From the NCBI RefSeq assembly GCF_006345805.1, contig NW_021832124.1, positions 124,001 through 188,000 of the forward strand: 64,000 nucleotides of DNA, read 5' to 3'. The position numbers were made by a program, and so were the translations under genes. A model generated the notes under the pieces. The model was not told the DNA's origin and searched no databases. It was given only the letters and a program-made list of their open reading frames with translations. Shown in pieces: positions 47,337 to 59,949 of the stretch. The stretch is from Octopus sinensis (Eukaryota). Position 1 is the stretch's first letter; each line of letters starts with the position of its first letter.

Positions 47337-48339
47337 CAAGCTCCAACATAATTTATAAATTCAAATATTTTTTTAAATCTTTTATTAAAAATAACTAATA
47401 TTTAAATATAATAAATTGAAAAGTAAATAGGTTGAAATTAAAAATACAATTTAAATGGCAAAAAAATTATACAAACTGGCCTGGCCTTGGAGAGCAAAAC
47501 AGTACGAGAAAGTGGAGATCCTTGTAGTGATATTAAAATCAAAATTTAATTATTTTACTTTATTAATATAAAATAAAATAATAAAATAAATTATAAAATT
47601 TTAAATAAAGATTATGTCAGTCACACAATGTGCTGTGAATTTAATATCTGAAATCGAACTCATATCTTTGTAAAAACATTTTAACTACATCTAGAGAGTT
47701 TATAAACGTTCTATACTTTGTAAACGAGGAAAGAATTGGCCAAGAAAACTCTGAAAACTACCTAAACACATTATTTACCATTATTGAACAAAAAGAAAAG
47801 GAATTACAACAAGAAATATTAAAAAGTAAATTAAACAAAAATAAAAAAAAAATAAAAGTCCAGGAAAACCTAAAACGTCGCCAGCGAGTGAAGGCAGTGC
47901 TCTCCGTTCTCGATATGAAGGACAAGAAGATCAATTCAGTTTACTCCCAACTGCATAAACTGCGTTCTTGTTTGGTTGTGACTATTTCTGACTGACAGGA
48001 AAATTGTGTTTTTCAACTTCATCAAAAATTGTTGTCGATTGAGGAAACAAACGGAAACGTGGACGTGGATTCGCTTGTACGGTATTCCAGTCTGATCAGT
48101 TCTACCTACGCAGTGGCAGCCCCAGTCAATTATGACATGAGTTGACTGAGTTTGCATATTTTAGACTCGCGACAACTCCGGCCTTTCCCGACGGACTCTG
48201 AATTGTGTAATAGTATACTCAATCAGTTGAAGGATGTTTGATTGATATATTTTGTGAGATTGGTTTTTTAATAAAAATGTCTACTTTTTACTCGCTTTGT
48301 ATCAAATGAAGTGAATTTAGAAAGTAGACCCGAAAAGTA

Positions 48340-49322
48340 CAGTAAGGTCTTTTTAATCCGCCAATTATAACTAATAAATTCTCCATTATCGAATCCGGAG
48401 GATTTTTGTTAACGAATCCTCCATGTTTCTCAATCTTAAATAATTTTTTAATTGATTTTACGGGTAAATGATTAATTCATTGTTTATTGTCTTTTTTATG
48501 AAATGTAACTGTACACGATTAAAACACAAACAAAAATTGTCATTTTAAAGTTCATTAAATCGAATATTGAATTAACTTTTATAAAAATTTTGGAAAATAT
48601 TTTTGAATAATATATTGTACTTATTTCTCTTAGATCTATTAATGATCTGAAAAATAAGAGAGGAAATGTGTTGAATAACTTAAGTTCTGACATTTCTCGT
48701 AAATAATATAACTTAAGTCGACAATGACACGATTTCTTGGATTAATCCAATGAATGCTAAAAGAGCTATTTTAAACGATGAAATTATTATCAAGAAAGTC
48801 ACATTATGCATAGAACAAGATTGATACTTCCATAATATTCAAATGCTTCACACACGCAAAATGGATTCAAAACATTGAAAGTATAAATTATGTAAACCTT
48901 GTCATTGAACATTACGAATATATTCTAGAAAAATGAACATATATATGATTCTTTAGAGGAGCGACTATATCGAAATTAACCATAAAAATGAAAAATTTGA
49001 TTTGAATGATTTCGAGACAATAGAAATTGATAGTGAAGAACCCCTAGAGGAAAATGTAACTCTTAACGAGGCCCTTCAAGCTTTAAATAAATTAAATTAA
49101 TTCTATAATCAAGAAGAATTCTTCGATGTCGAAAATCCCGAATCCATGGAAAATCTTGGATCCTCAATGATCCGCACTTTAAAAAACAAATCGAAAATTA
49201 CTAATTCTTTTGTTAGACATTTTTGTTGCTTTAAATTATTAATATATAAAAAATCGATAATTCTCTCGAATCCGCCGGATTTTACCGATCCCCGAAATTG
49301 ATGAATTCGAAAGACTTTATTG
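48340..49322 (+). mobile_element. Degenerate pogo/Tigger-like element
   Basis: TA|cagtaaggtcttt ... aagactttattg|TA imperfect TIRs. Acidic C-terminal remnant NVTLNEALQALNKL..SKITNSF. Confidence 0.6.
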
Positions 49323-49491
49323 TAGTTGTTTTGTCTAATTTTGTTTTTTTGTAAAGACAGAGTCTGTTGGATTAAAATAGAATTAATTAGTAAGATAACA
49401 TCGGTTTACAATAATATAGTATATCGATCGCCTTTGAGTTTATATAGCAAATTTAACGATATGTAAAATGAGGCATAGCAGTTTAATGTAA

Positions 49492-50617
49492 ATGATTGTG
49501 ATAATTGCTTCTGTTCGATTAAAAAATGGGACCGAATTTTGTCAGTCATCCAAAGTTCCGTTATCATCAGAAGTGTACTATTCTAGTCTCGCTTGTTTAA
49601 TTGTTGCTTTTTGCGGAATGGTGGTATTTTACATAAGTTTTAGCAGTTTTTGAACATAATTACATTGACTACATTGATAAAAATGAAATATTCCTCAAGT
49701 AACTATACATATATGCTAGCTCTCTCTGTATCCGATTTACTTCACGTATTGTGCTCTTCTGTTATTCATGGTGGTCTTTTGTTTTATGGTTCTACTTTCA
49801 AAATATCGATGAATTTTTATCGGCTAGGGACCTTTTGGGTTTTTCATGCATTTTCCTCGATGTTTCGGGTATTGGGTTATTACATATACACAAGTTTGCT
49901 TCTGTCTGGATTACGATTGCATTTACTGTCGACGGGTACATCATGATTTGCCACCCATACAAGGCTGAAATTTTTTGTCAGAAAAAAAGTGCAAAATTTA
50001 AGATTATGATTATTTTTGTAATATCCTTTGTTATGTCAATGCCACAATTTTTCCAATTTGAGATTATTCCTATTCATAATCAAACATGCTATAGAAACCG
50101 GATGAGTGATTTTGGAAAAAGTTCTTTTTACCGCCACATATATAATTTCGGTCTTTACTTTACATTCGTGGCGATCATCCCTTTCTTTGTTCTCGTTTTA
50201 TTAAATTACAAAATATGGCGGGCTGTTGTAAAGTGGAAACAAAGCCAAGGTTTAACATGCCAAAAAGTGTTTATTTGACTTATCATGTACTAGGAATTAA
50301 CCCACGTGAATACAGCGGCAACGTTGACTACGATTGTCATCATTTTTGTATTCTGTCAATTCCCCTCCATTGTGAGGACTATCGTTTACTCTTTTAATTC
50401 AAAATCTCTCCGAAAAGCACGTCACATTGCATTTGCTATACAAATAAGCAATCTGTTGCTCATTCTGAACAGTGTAATTAACGCCATTCCTTACTACGTA
50501 TTCAACCGACGGTTCGAAAAACAGCTGTTTTTGCTTTTAAAATTTTCCAAAAATCAATTTCCTGAAGCAAATGTTAGAAACTTTTCTTATGACGATTCAA
50601 TAACAAACACTCTTTAA
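49492..50617 (+). CDS. Class A peptide GPCR (FMRFamide-receptor-like), 3 introns
   Basis: GM|FLNIITL, YMLALSVSDLL, FR|FASVWITIAFTVDGYIMICHPYKA, IIPFFVLVLLN, FVFCQFP, NSVINAIPY. Introns 49621-49646, 49869-49894 and 50267-50293. Start codon uncertain. Confidence 0.88.
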
Positions 50618-51019
50618 TATTAGAATAACAAATTTCCATCCAAATTGCAGTCAGAATTAGCCTGAATACATTACAAAGTATCACAGTTTAACCAAATTTT
50701 TAAATAATTTCTTATTTTTTCTTTGTATTTATTTGAGATACTTTCGATATTTTCAATTATAAGATACCGAAAGAAAATTAATCTTTCCGTAAACCCAGAA
50801 AAGTAAAAAGATTTTATGGAGGCAGTCCAAATGGAATGGAGACTTTATCCCAAATATCAGCAAATTTCCTAACCTAAATGGAAATTAAATATTTAATTAA
50901 AACTTAAATTCTAAATGACTTAAATTTTGAATGAAATAAAGTGTTTTATTTGTATATAATCGCAGATATAATATTTTTTTAATATATGATTTATTTATCT
51001 TCAATATTTAGTTTACATG

Positions 51020-53520
51020 GAGATAGAATGGAAACGTCAACATCAAATAAAGCTCATCAAGAATTAATTGAACGTCTCTTAAAATTAGGAAATTCCCACA
51101 TCAACAAACGTGGAGGTCAGTCTTTAATTAAATAATAATCAGCCGAAATAGCAACGTGCAATAATCTGGAAACAGCAGTAATTAAATTGGATTTAATTAC
51201 AGACAAATACCTATTCAAATCTCTCAGCGGCACTGGAGGAAAGCTTAAGATATCTAGAAAACGCAGAAGAGGAAATCCTTCGAAGGACGCAAATTCAAAA
51301 CACGTGGAAAGATAAGATTAAAGAATACAATGAAGATATACATCACCTCACTGAACAAAAAAACATAAAAATTCCATTTTTGATCCACAAAGAAACGGAA
51401 ACTCGTATCAGAGATTTACTAGATTTACAAACTAATTTAAACGAAGGCAAGCGAAGAAATGAAAAATTAAAAGTATATCGAAAACAAGCAACAAAAATAA
51501 ATCAAAATCTGAAAGCCGATCTTGACCTTGTCTCCGATTATTTGTAATCTTAACCGGTTCTGATCAAAGGTCCTTAATTGACTCCAAACTCGTGGAAATC
51601 GATGAATCCGAAAATATATTAACAGTGGAAAAGCAGAACGTATATTTTGTAAAAAAATTCCAAGGTTTCCGAATCTCTGGACAACATAAGGAGGCAGGTA
51701 AATGCTGCACAAACAAAACTTGAAATGATGAATAACCAATTGTTGGAAAGACGCTCTTTTATGAAAGAACAAGAAAATAATTTGGAAAAAGAAATTGCTA
51801 ACAAGACGGCGAGACTCCAGGAACTCAGACAAAATAAAGTTTTTGAAACAAAAAGAAATAAAAAAAGCCACACTCTGTTCGTAACTAAAGAGAAGGAGTT
51901 TTTAAATTTAAAAGAACAGCTCGAAATTTCTCAAAGTGAAAAGAATACGCAAATTAAAAAGGTTTATTATTTCAAAAATTAAAATCAGTATGAAAAAATT
52001 GAATGCCAATTTCAAAATGCACAAAAAGATGAACAAGATAAGCAAGAATTACTAAATCGAAAGGAACTTGGATTACAAGAAACGGTGTAATTACAAAATA
52101 TATTTATCAGGAACGGAAATGCAAAGAAAACAGTTTGAAAATGGAAGAAAAAACAGAACAGAAAAAAATAAAACTCGACGGTCTCAAACGGATAGAAACA
52201 GACACAAAAATGAAAATAAGAGAACTCAATCTGAAAGCAAATAAACTGTATTTAAACCACACTTACGTAGACATGAAGACAAACAAGAAAATCTCAATTT
52301 AAAAATACATTTGGAATCAGAAATGGACGAATACGTTAATTTTATAGACGACGTGTCAAAACAGCTGCTATCTCTGCTTGAAATTAGGGATAATTTGCAA
52401 GATAATTTTTCACGAAATTCCACTGGAAGTAAGAACGAAGAAGAAGCTATAAAGGCAAGTGGGGTTTATTATTTTAGACTGAAATCGTTGATAAAAAAGA
52501 ATCGCTTAGGTCGGTTGTCGCCAGGAAATCCATGCTCGAAGCAAACATGGAAGAAAACGCGAGAAAACACACACTTTTTATAAAAGAAAATGACATTCGG
52601 ACTAAATTGGTTTTACTATTTATTATTGTAGTTATGTAATAAACTCCTAAAAAATGAAAGTCGCCAAAAAGAGGCAGAACGTCAAAAAAACGAAGAGCAA
52701 AACAAATTGGCAGAAATTCAACAAGTAACATATATTCTTCAATACATAGAGAGTTGATGACTTGGAGTTTCAAATGAATCAGGTGATTGATGAGAAAAAT
52801 GAAATATATGCCATTCCACGTAAGACAGTCAATATTTTAAAACAGCAGTCAATTCATCTTCAGGTACACCACAACTTATAATATTAGGAAATTCACGCCC
52901 GTCAACTAACCAACGTTGGGCATTTGGAAGAACACATAATTAGTCTCAATCAGGACATTTCCGAAAAAGAAGAAAGCATTAATGGCATGAACTTACTGAC
53001 CGACAAGCTGCATTTAGACCTAATCAAAGCCAAGTAATCACATGACTGTTTTCATACAAGTTACCTCGTCGAAAACCTTAAAGAACAGTCCGAATGCAGT
53101 GAAAGACTCCTAAATGATCTGAAATGTCGTTATAATTCACTTTTGGACAGAGTTTCAAGTTGTGAACAGTCGCACTGTGAGGCAATGACAGAACTAAAAA
53201 TGCAGAACAACGAACTTTGTGTATTTTGTTGACTTAAAATAAGCATAAAATCGAATTAAATTTGACAGAGAATGAAGCAATGGCTTCTGAGTTTAGAAGA
53301 ATGAATTTAGAAATTTCCGACAGGCAAATAATGGCTGGAGAATTCTACGGACTTTTATTTGAAATAATCAGACGGGACCAATTAGCTTCCGAGGCAACCC
53401 CACATGCCTGATTTGGGTAGATTAGGTTCTTGGTGGAACAGTGGCTGGTCGAATTGACTGATTTGGGGGAACTCAATGTTGCTGGGATGACCACGGAGTT
53501 AAGCAATATTTTGCAAAAAA
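51020..53520 (+). pseudogene. Long coiled-coil protein gene with many stops/frameshifts
   Basis: Continuous E/K/Q/L-rich heptad-like translation in shifting frames, with short intron-like gaps. Family not recognised. Confidence 0.4.
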
Positions 53521-53714
53521 TTATTTTGAATGATGGAAATGTATTTTATGTGATTATATGTTAAGATTAAGTATATTGTTGACTCTCTGTCGGAAAAATC
53601 GAACTCACTTTTTGAATATTTAAAAAAACATTAATTTTTTAACACATAATATATCTAATATTATAATTATATTTTAATATTTTTTTAATAAAAAAACATT
53701 TATTCCAAATTAAA

Positions 53715-54592
53715 ATGAATTCAAGTGGTACTGAATTTGAGCATCCCCGTTTTTCAAAATACAAATACACCGGCAAGCTAATAGAAGACCAAGAAAAAAG
53801 AAGAAATGCTTTTTTAAAAGAAAGAAAAGAGTTAGTCACCCGAGAATATCCCTTAGCCGTTTTGACATGAAATGTCGCATTAATCGAATGATGGACCAGA
53901 ATACAGATTCACAAGACATTGAAATGGACACAATAAACCCTCATTATTCAAACCAGCTTATGATGAATGAATGGATGTTAGAAAGGCCTAAGGACCTGAT
54001 AAACTGGCTGGCTATTCCATGTCCCTACGGAAAGCGATGTTTGGTCGTGACTGGCCGAGTAAATCAAATTCTTTCACCTCCAGGCCCGGACCCGAGTATT
54101 TCTGAAGAACGGAAAGTTGGCAAAGTCGTTGACATCTTCCCTTCCCGGCGGTGGACCGAGGAGACCCTCTTCGGGTATATTTGTATGTTTGAGGCCAGGA
54201 TGTGTGTTGGATTGTATTATGGGGGATAGAATGCTCTATGTCCTCGATTGCATGCAATGGGGAGATATTCCTCTCTATGAGACTGATGTCTTCTCTTTCT
54301 TTACTTTCTAGTTCGAGTTTAGGGCTTCGTGGATTGCTGCCAAATTTGCAGACGAGCCAATATGTTGTGAGTGGCCTATTTCGCTGTTGAGTCCTCATGT
54401 ATGTAGTGATGAGTCGATTAGAAGTATTCTTCTTAGTTATGATGATAAAAATGTAAGTTTTGTGGTTAGTAGGGGTAGTGTGATGGAGTAATCTTTCTTC
54501 ATAAACAGGCACATTACACTGTAGGGATTTCTCCTCTTTCATGTTGGCTCAAACTTGGGATGATACCTCATATTCTTAATATTACAGTATGA
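53715..54592 (+). CDS. SNUPN: Snurportin-1 (m3G-cap snRNP import adaptor), 5 introns
   Basis: HPRFSKYK..DQEKRR (IBB-like), YSNQLMMNEWM..CPYGKRCLVV, SSLPGG, VLDC..W, CDGVIFLHKQAHYTVG..WLK. Introns 24-26 nt. Confidence 0.92.
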
Positions 54593-54868
54593 TCCTGTCT
54601 AATTTATATTTTGATACATTTTGTATAAATAAATTTGTTTTTGTGTAAGCTAACTAAACGGTTTAAATTGATTGCAAGTGGACTGTTATATCAAGATAGT
54701 TCAAATTTAATGTCATTTTTTGTGATGGCATAAGTCGATTGGATACTCAAATATTTCGGGAGGTTTTAACAAATATGCAATTGAGGTTTTGCTAATGAAT
54801 TGGCTTTTTGTGGTTGTTTGCCGATAAATATCAATTTATTTTGAATTTTGACGATTTTGGTTAATAGA

Positions 54869-56305
54869 ATGAATTATTTGTACATATTTTGTTAGTTTAA
54901 TTTTAGTCTTTGTCGTTCAAAACATTTTCCTATCAGTTTACTCGGTAGAGAATTATATGTAAGAAAGAATTTTTGCATTGATTCAAAAATGGAAGAAAAA
55001 AACATTTTCGATAAACTTTCGAATGCCGGACTGTCTTCATATTTAAGTAAACAGTCATTCGGATATATTTGTCGTAATTTAATAATTATGGAGTATTGTT
55101 CTAAAAAACTACTGGTAACCAACAGTGAGCGGATAATGACTTTAACTCAAAAACTTTTTGGAAAACGTTTGTTTAATTTCGTTATGAAAAAAACATTTTA
55201 TAAAAAATTTGTCCTTGGAGAAACCGAAAATGACATTATTCAGACTATAGCCAGTCATCATTCAAAAAATTTGCACACGATGATAATGATGAGCTACGAA
55301 AGTGACCTTGGTACCTGTTCTGAAAACGAATATAACAATTCTCTCTTTAAAAATCAACAAGAGTTTATAAAAATGATCAAAATATTCAAAAATAGAAATG
55401 AGACCCAAGTTATGATGCATTTCAAATTAACCGGCTTTTTTCCTTTATCCACACTAAGAAAACTTTCCAATTCAATTTCTACTCATACAGACTATATTGA
55501 TGCAATTCTAACATTAAAAGATATTTTTCTTGAAAACAAACAAACAAATGCTTCAGTTTTAGATAATCTCAATTATTTGGATAAAAGATATTTATTAAAG
55601 GGAATTAATCATGTTAAAAAAGTGATGGACCATGTACACAATTCAGACATTAAAATACTAGTCGACGCCGAATACACGGACATTAACGAAGGAATCAATG
55701 CAATAACTGTCGCAATGATTATGATTTATAATCTGCAGACGCCGACTATTGGACTCACTTTTCAATGTTATCTAAAAAATTCGATGGACTTAATTCTCAG
55801 GAACTTAGAAATAATCAAGCAATTTGACCTTTGCTGGAGCTGTAAAATAGTAAGAGGAGCCTACATGGATTGGGAAAGAAAAAATTCTAATCTGCTTAAA
55901 CAGCAGAATCCAGTTTTTGATTTGTATGAAGAAACTAATATAAATTACGACAAAATTGTGGAAATGTTTTTTAAACACGACTTCATTAAGAAATATTCGA
56001 TTATGATTGCCACACACAATTTAAACTCAATTCAGAAAACCTGCAAACTTTTAATAAATCACACAAAACCCTCAAATGCATTCAAGTTTGCCCAGTCAAT
56101 GGGAATGTCAGATCATATTAGTCTCCAACTTGGCTCTCTTGGTTACCTAGTATATAAGGGGTCTCCTTATGGAACAGTGGAGGATACTATTCCTTATCTT
56201 GTGAGACGTGTTTACGAAAATTCTTCAATTTTTAATAACGTAAAAAACGACAATTCACTTTTGAGGAAAGAATTTTTATGTAGAATAATACCATTTCGTT
56301 ACTAA
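54869..56305 (+). CDS. PRODH: Proline dehydrogenase family enzyme, possibly PRODH2/hydroxyproline type
   Basis: VDAE, TFQCYLK, KIVRGAYM, IATHN, GMSD, VYKGSPYG, IPYLVRR..ENSS. A 27-nt intron at 54880-54906 adds an upstream ATG and a transit-peptide-like N-terminus in frame. Confidence 0.93.
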
Positions 56306-58330
56306 AAGCATATTAAATTTTTCGGGAATAAAAATTTGATTATTTTTATACTCTCCATTCGTTAGAATAAATTGAAACCAAAATAACATCACAAAAATAT
56401 GTATTCCAACCAAACATTACGACTTTGTTTTTAGAATTTATTTTTACGCATTATAAATTATTTGTAAATCTGTCTTTTTAGTACATAAACTTGACCATTT
56501 ATCATGTGATTATATTTCATAAATTTTTATACAAAATTAATGTCTAAAATATTGAGGATAATTTAGTTGTTATACACCGGACTTGATTATCTCTAATTAC
56601 TGGAAATCTCAGTTCTTTAGAAAATCAATGAACGCGTTTTTAAGTTTTGGCGGACGATACAGTATTTCGGTTTAGTTCACTGTAGGTCGTGCTTTTTGTT
56701 CAGAATAGTTCGCAGTTTTATTTTATAATTAATTTTGCTAAATCTTGTGTGATATTTGTATAATTCATTCAAAATGAAGAAATGTTCATCTAGTCAAAGT
56801 AACCGAAGGCAATATTCACTAATGCTCAGCTTTCATAGACGGTACTGAAGTGTTCTTGTTCGCGCGTATTTCCAAGTCAGAAGGGTCCCCTGGTTGGCAC
56901 TCCAGTACTAATCACCACTACGAAAACCAAAATATTTCATTGCAATTTGTATGCTCTCGAACGTTTTTCTTAATACAAGTGTTTGCCTTCACTCTGCCTA
57001 TCACGTCGATGGCTTCTAGATGACTTTTTAAGAATCTTAAGACACTTCCATCCTAAAAGAGTACAACAGGAATCACCAACTTACCCAACTACATTCGTCA
57101 AATACATAAGAAACTTAACAATCCCAAGAGTCAGGGAGTTGTCGAAAGATTTAATCAGATCATCACTGAGTTTATTTTATTTATTTTGTAATTAGCAAAA
57201 AGCTTCTTATTCAGAGATATTATGTGACGATTACTTCTCTTTATTTACAAAAGTTCGAATATTCATACTGGTAAAATGTAACTATTGTTTCAAAATTTTC
57301 TAACAATTTTGTGACGGTTTAATGCAGTGAGGAGTATTTTTATAATAAATAGTCGTTTATTTTTGATTTGACAATGATCAACATTTATGAAATTTATCAT
57401 GATTGATTTGACAATGATCAACACTTGGCTCGGTTTCACTCTCGCCACATATTACAAACGAAAAGATTAGAATTAGATATTCATTTCTGTGTCTTGAGCT
57501 CACTATTCGTTTTTAAAAACTAGAAAAAACTTTTCTAATACCAGAAAAATGATTCGTCTCTTAATTCAGATGCCATACTGAGTGCTATCTATATTATCTC
57601 TTGATGCTCATTGATTCAGTCTTTTATTGATATTTACTTAGAGAATGTAGCTCTATTGAAAAAATATTATGAAATTTGTCTTTCTTTAAGTCAATTCCTG
57701 GCTGGCTTGACTTTCGAGTGTTTTTAAATTACAAAACCTATAAGTTGGCACATTTAGAAAGCTTAGTCAACGCATTATGTAGTAAAATGATTACATAACT
57801 ATTGATCAGCTCATGCAGTGTAGAACCCATTCAACAGCTGGCTAATTCGGAATCCGTGGAAAGAGTAGCAAAGTCTGAAACATATTGAGCCGGTGGAAGT
57901 AGAAGTGAGCTTGTAACTGGAATGTTCAGAACACCTCAGAAGAGTTGGATAATGGTTTGAAGATTGATGACAGAAATGATAAGTGACATTTTTGGAAAAT
58001 GCAATTTTGCTGAACAAATTAATTATTCATGCCCTAATATTGTTTCTGTAAAATTAGAGTTTCTAAAAGTCGGAGTGTATTCAAAATGATGATCTCCGAA
58101 ATACCGTCACATTTATAGGTCAAAAATTTTGGGTCTAATTCAAATAGCGTTTTCAAATTTAAATTCTTAATCTTAGATACCTTGATATCGTAACAATGTC
58201 CCTGACAAAAAAGGATATCTCATTTATAAGTAATCAACAAAAACACAGCTAACAGAATTTTATGCATTTTCCTATCAGTCGATAATCAACAAAGACAATT
58301 TTGACAATAAATATTATTTCAAAGAAACGA

Positions 58331-59143
58331 ACTAATTAGCCTGTCTTTCTGGAAATAAAGAGGAAAAAAATAGGACGACAAAATCGACCAATCTCCTCAT
58401 CATTGAAATTTGTTGGACAACTTCGTCACCCCTTTCAACTCCCCTTCCCCTATAAGCAACCACACGTCTGAATAAACTGCCAATTCTCACCCAATCACTC
58501 ACATTGCTCCTACATAAACAAGTCCAGTGAGAATCAGCAAATTCTTGGCAGCATCAAAAGGCAAAATGAGCAATATGAAACACAACTTGACCAATAAAAC
58601 TGCAACTACACGTCCAAATCCCCGGAATTGTTCAGAAATAAATCCCATTCTTTGAAGAGTGTTGTGTAACCCACCCAAATTTGTACTAGATAGTCCCATT
58701 CTTTAATTTGAGAATAAAAATCACATTTTCTTTTGTTCTTTTACAAAATTCTGCCACAAAATCACTTGGCCCATCGCGTACTGCAGTTGAAGCTCTCTCA
58801 GCTTTCCAAGAAAGGCCTCCGTCGGCTGATTTCTGCACTTTAATGAGGCAAAATACTCTTCGGGTATTTCTGGTATCTCAATTGAAGAACTGCCTATGAA
58901 AAGAAAGAGTTCGAGAGATTGGCTGGTAAATGCACACAGAGAATCTTTATCTTGCAATATTTTGCCGTTTAAGAGAAGAGTTTGAAGTTTTTCTGACTAC
59001 ACGAGTTATTCTGAATTTATTACAGGATGGAGACAGTGCTTCTCTCGGATTGTTGCTTTAAGTTCAGAAATTCTGGAATCGTTGTCACAGGTGATTTGTA
59101 AATCCTCATGTGAGTCGCCAACAGAACGGACAACAACAAACAT
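58331..59143 (-). CDS. HERPUD: HERPUD-like ER membrane ubiquitin-like-domain protein, 3 introns
   Basis: N-terminal UBL (VVRSVGDSHEDLQI..LKATI..LLLNGKILQD), TM segments, C-terminus VLFFSSLFPERQAN*. Introns 58997-59023, 58701-58724 and 58477-58502 splice in frame. Confidence 0.75.
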
Positions 59144-59441
59144 AATTAATTTATTTTATTGTGTTTATATTTTTCAATCATACTTATTTTTTTAAGCTAT
59201 ATCTATTCACAAATAAAGAATTTTGATAAGAATTTTAAAATAACTTGATTTATAATTTTATATTTTAGGATAGAGAGAACATTTTTAAAAACTGTTTTTT
59301 CTCCAAAAATCAAAAATATCTTTAAAAATTATTTGTTAATTATTTAATAAATTATTGTTTAATTTTAAATATTTTTAATAAATATACATATTGACGTGTC
59401 CTTGTCGTCTGTGGGTTTATATTTAACATTAATAGAAATTT

Positions 59442-59681
59442 ATGGTATCTAAAAGTTCAAAGAATTATGTGGCAACTGCAATAAAACAGAAACGTAATAA
59501 ACAAGATTCGACACAGTCTGTTCGTACATCAAAGACCCCCACTGTGAAAAAGAGGAAGGAAGCTTCATTCAATCCTTACCTAATTGGATTCCTTCTCTTC
59601 ATTTTGGGAGGATCAGGTTTATTTTAAGGATTTTATTAATCATTAGCAATTCTTCAAATTTTCCAGCTCTTTATAAATTGA
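59442..59681 (+). CDS. SERP1: Stress-associated ER protein (SERP1/RAMP4)
   Basis: PYLIGFLLFILGGS|AILQIFQ after removing the 30-nt intron gtttattttaaggattttattaatcattag. Confidence 0.8.
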
Positions 59682-59949
59682 TTATATTTTCGTCTAATTA
59701 ATGTAGTATTAATAATGACTAATTCTTTCTTAAATAATGTGTTTTAACATTGATATAGTCGCCATATATATTATAGAAGTTTTACAAAATATTATTTGAA
59801 CGTGTCTTTAAAGAAAACAATAATAAAAAAATCAATGATAAAACCTGTTTGTTACATTCGAAAAAAATTTAAGACTTGTTGGAAAATGACATTGCTTAAA
59901 AAGTTATTTTTATTGCTCGGTCGTGTCGGTTTTGTTTTTCGGAAATTTT

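Noticed and set aside
57364-57423. 20-bp direct repeat tgatttgacaatgatcaaca x2
   Set aside because: Only two copies and no associated element, so most likely a local slippage duplication.
56700-58270. Possible minus-strand multi-exon gene with a signal-peptide-like start (MHKILLAVFLLIT)
   Set aside because: I could not assemble a stop-free splice model or recognise a family.
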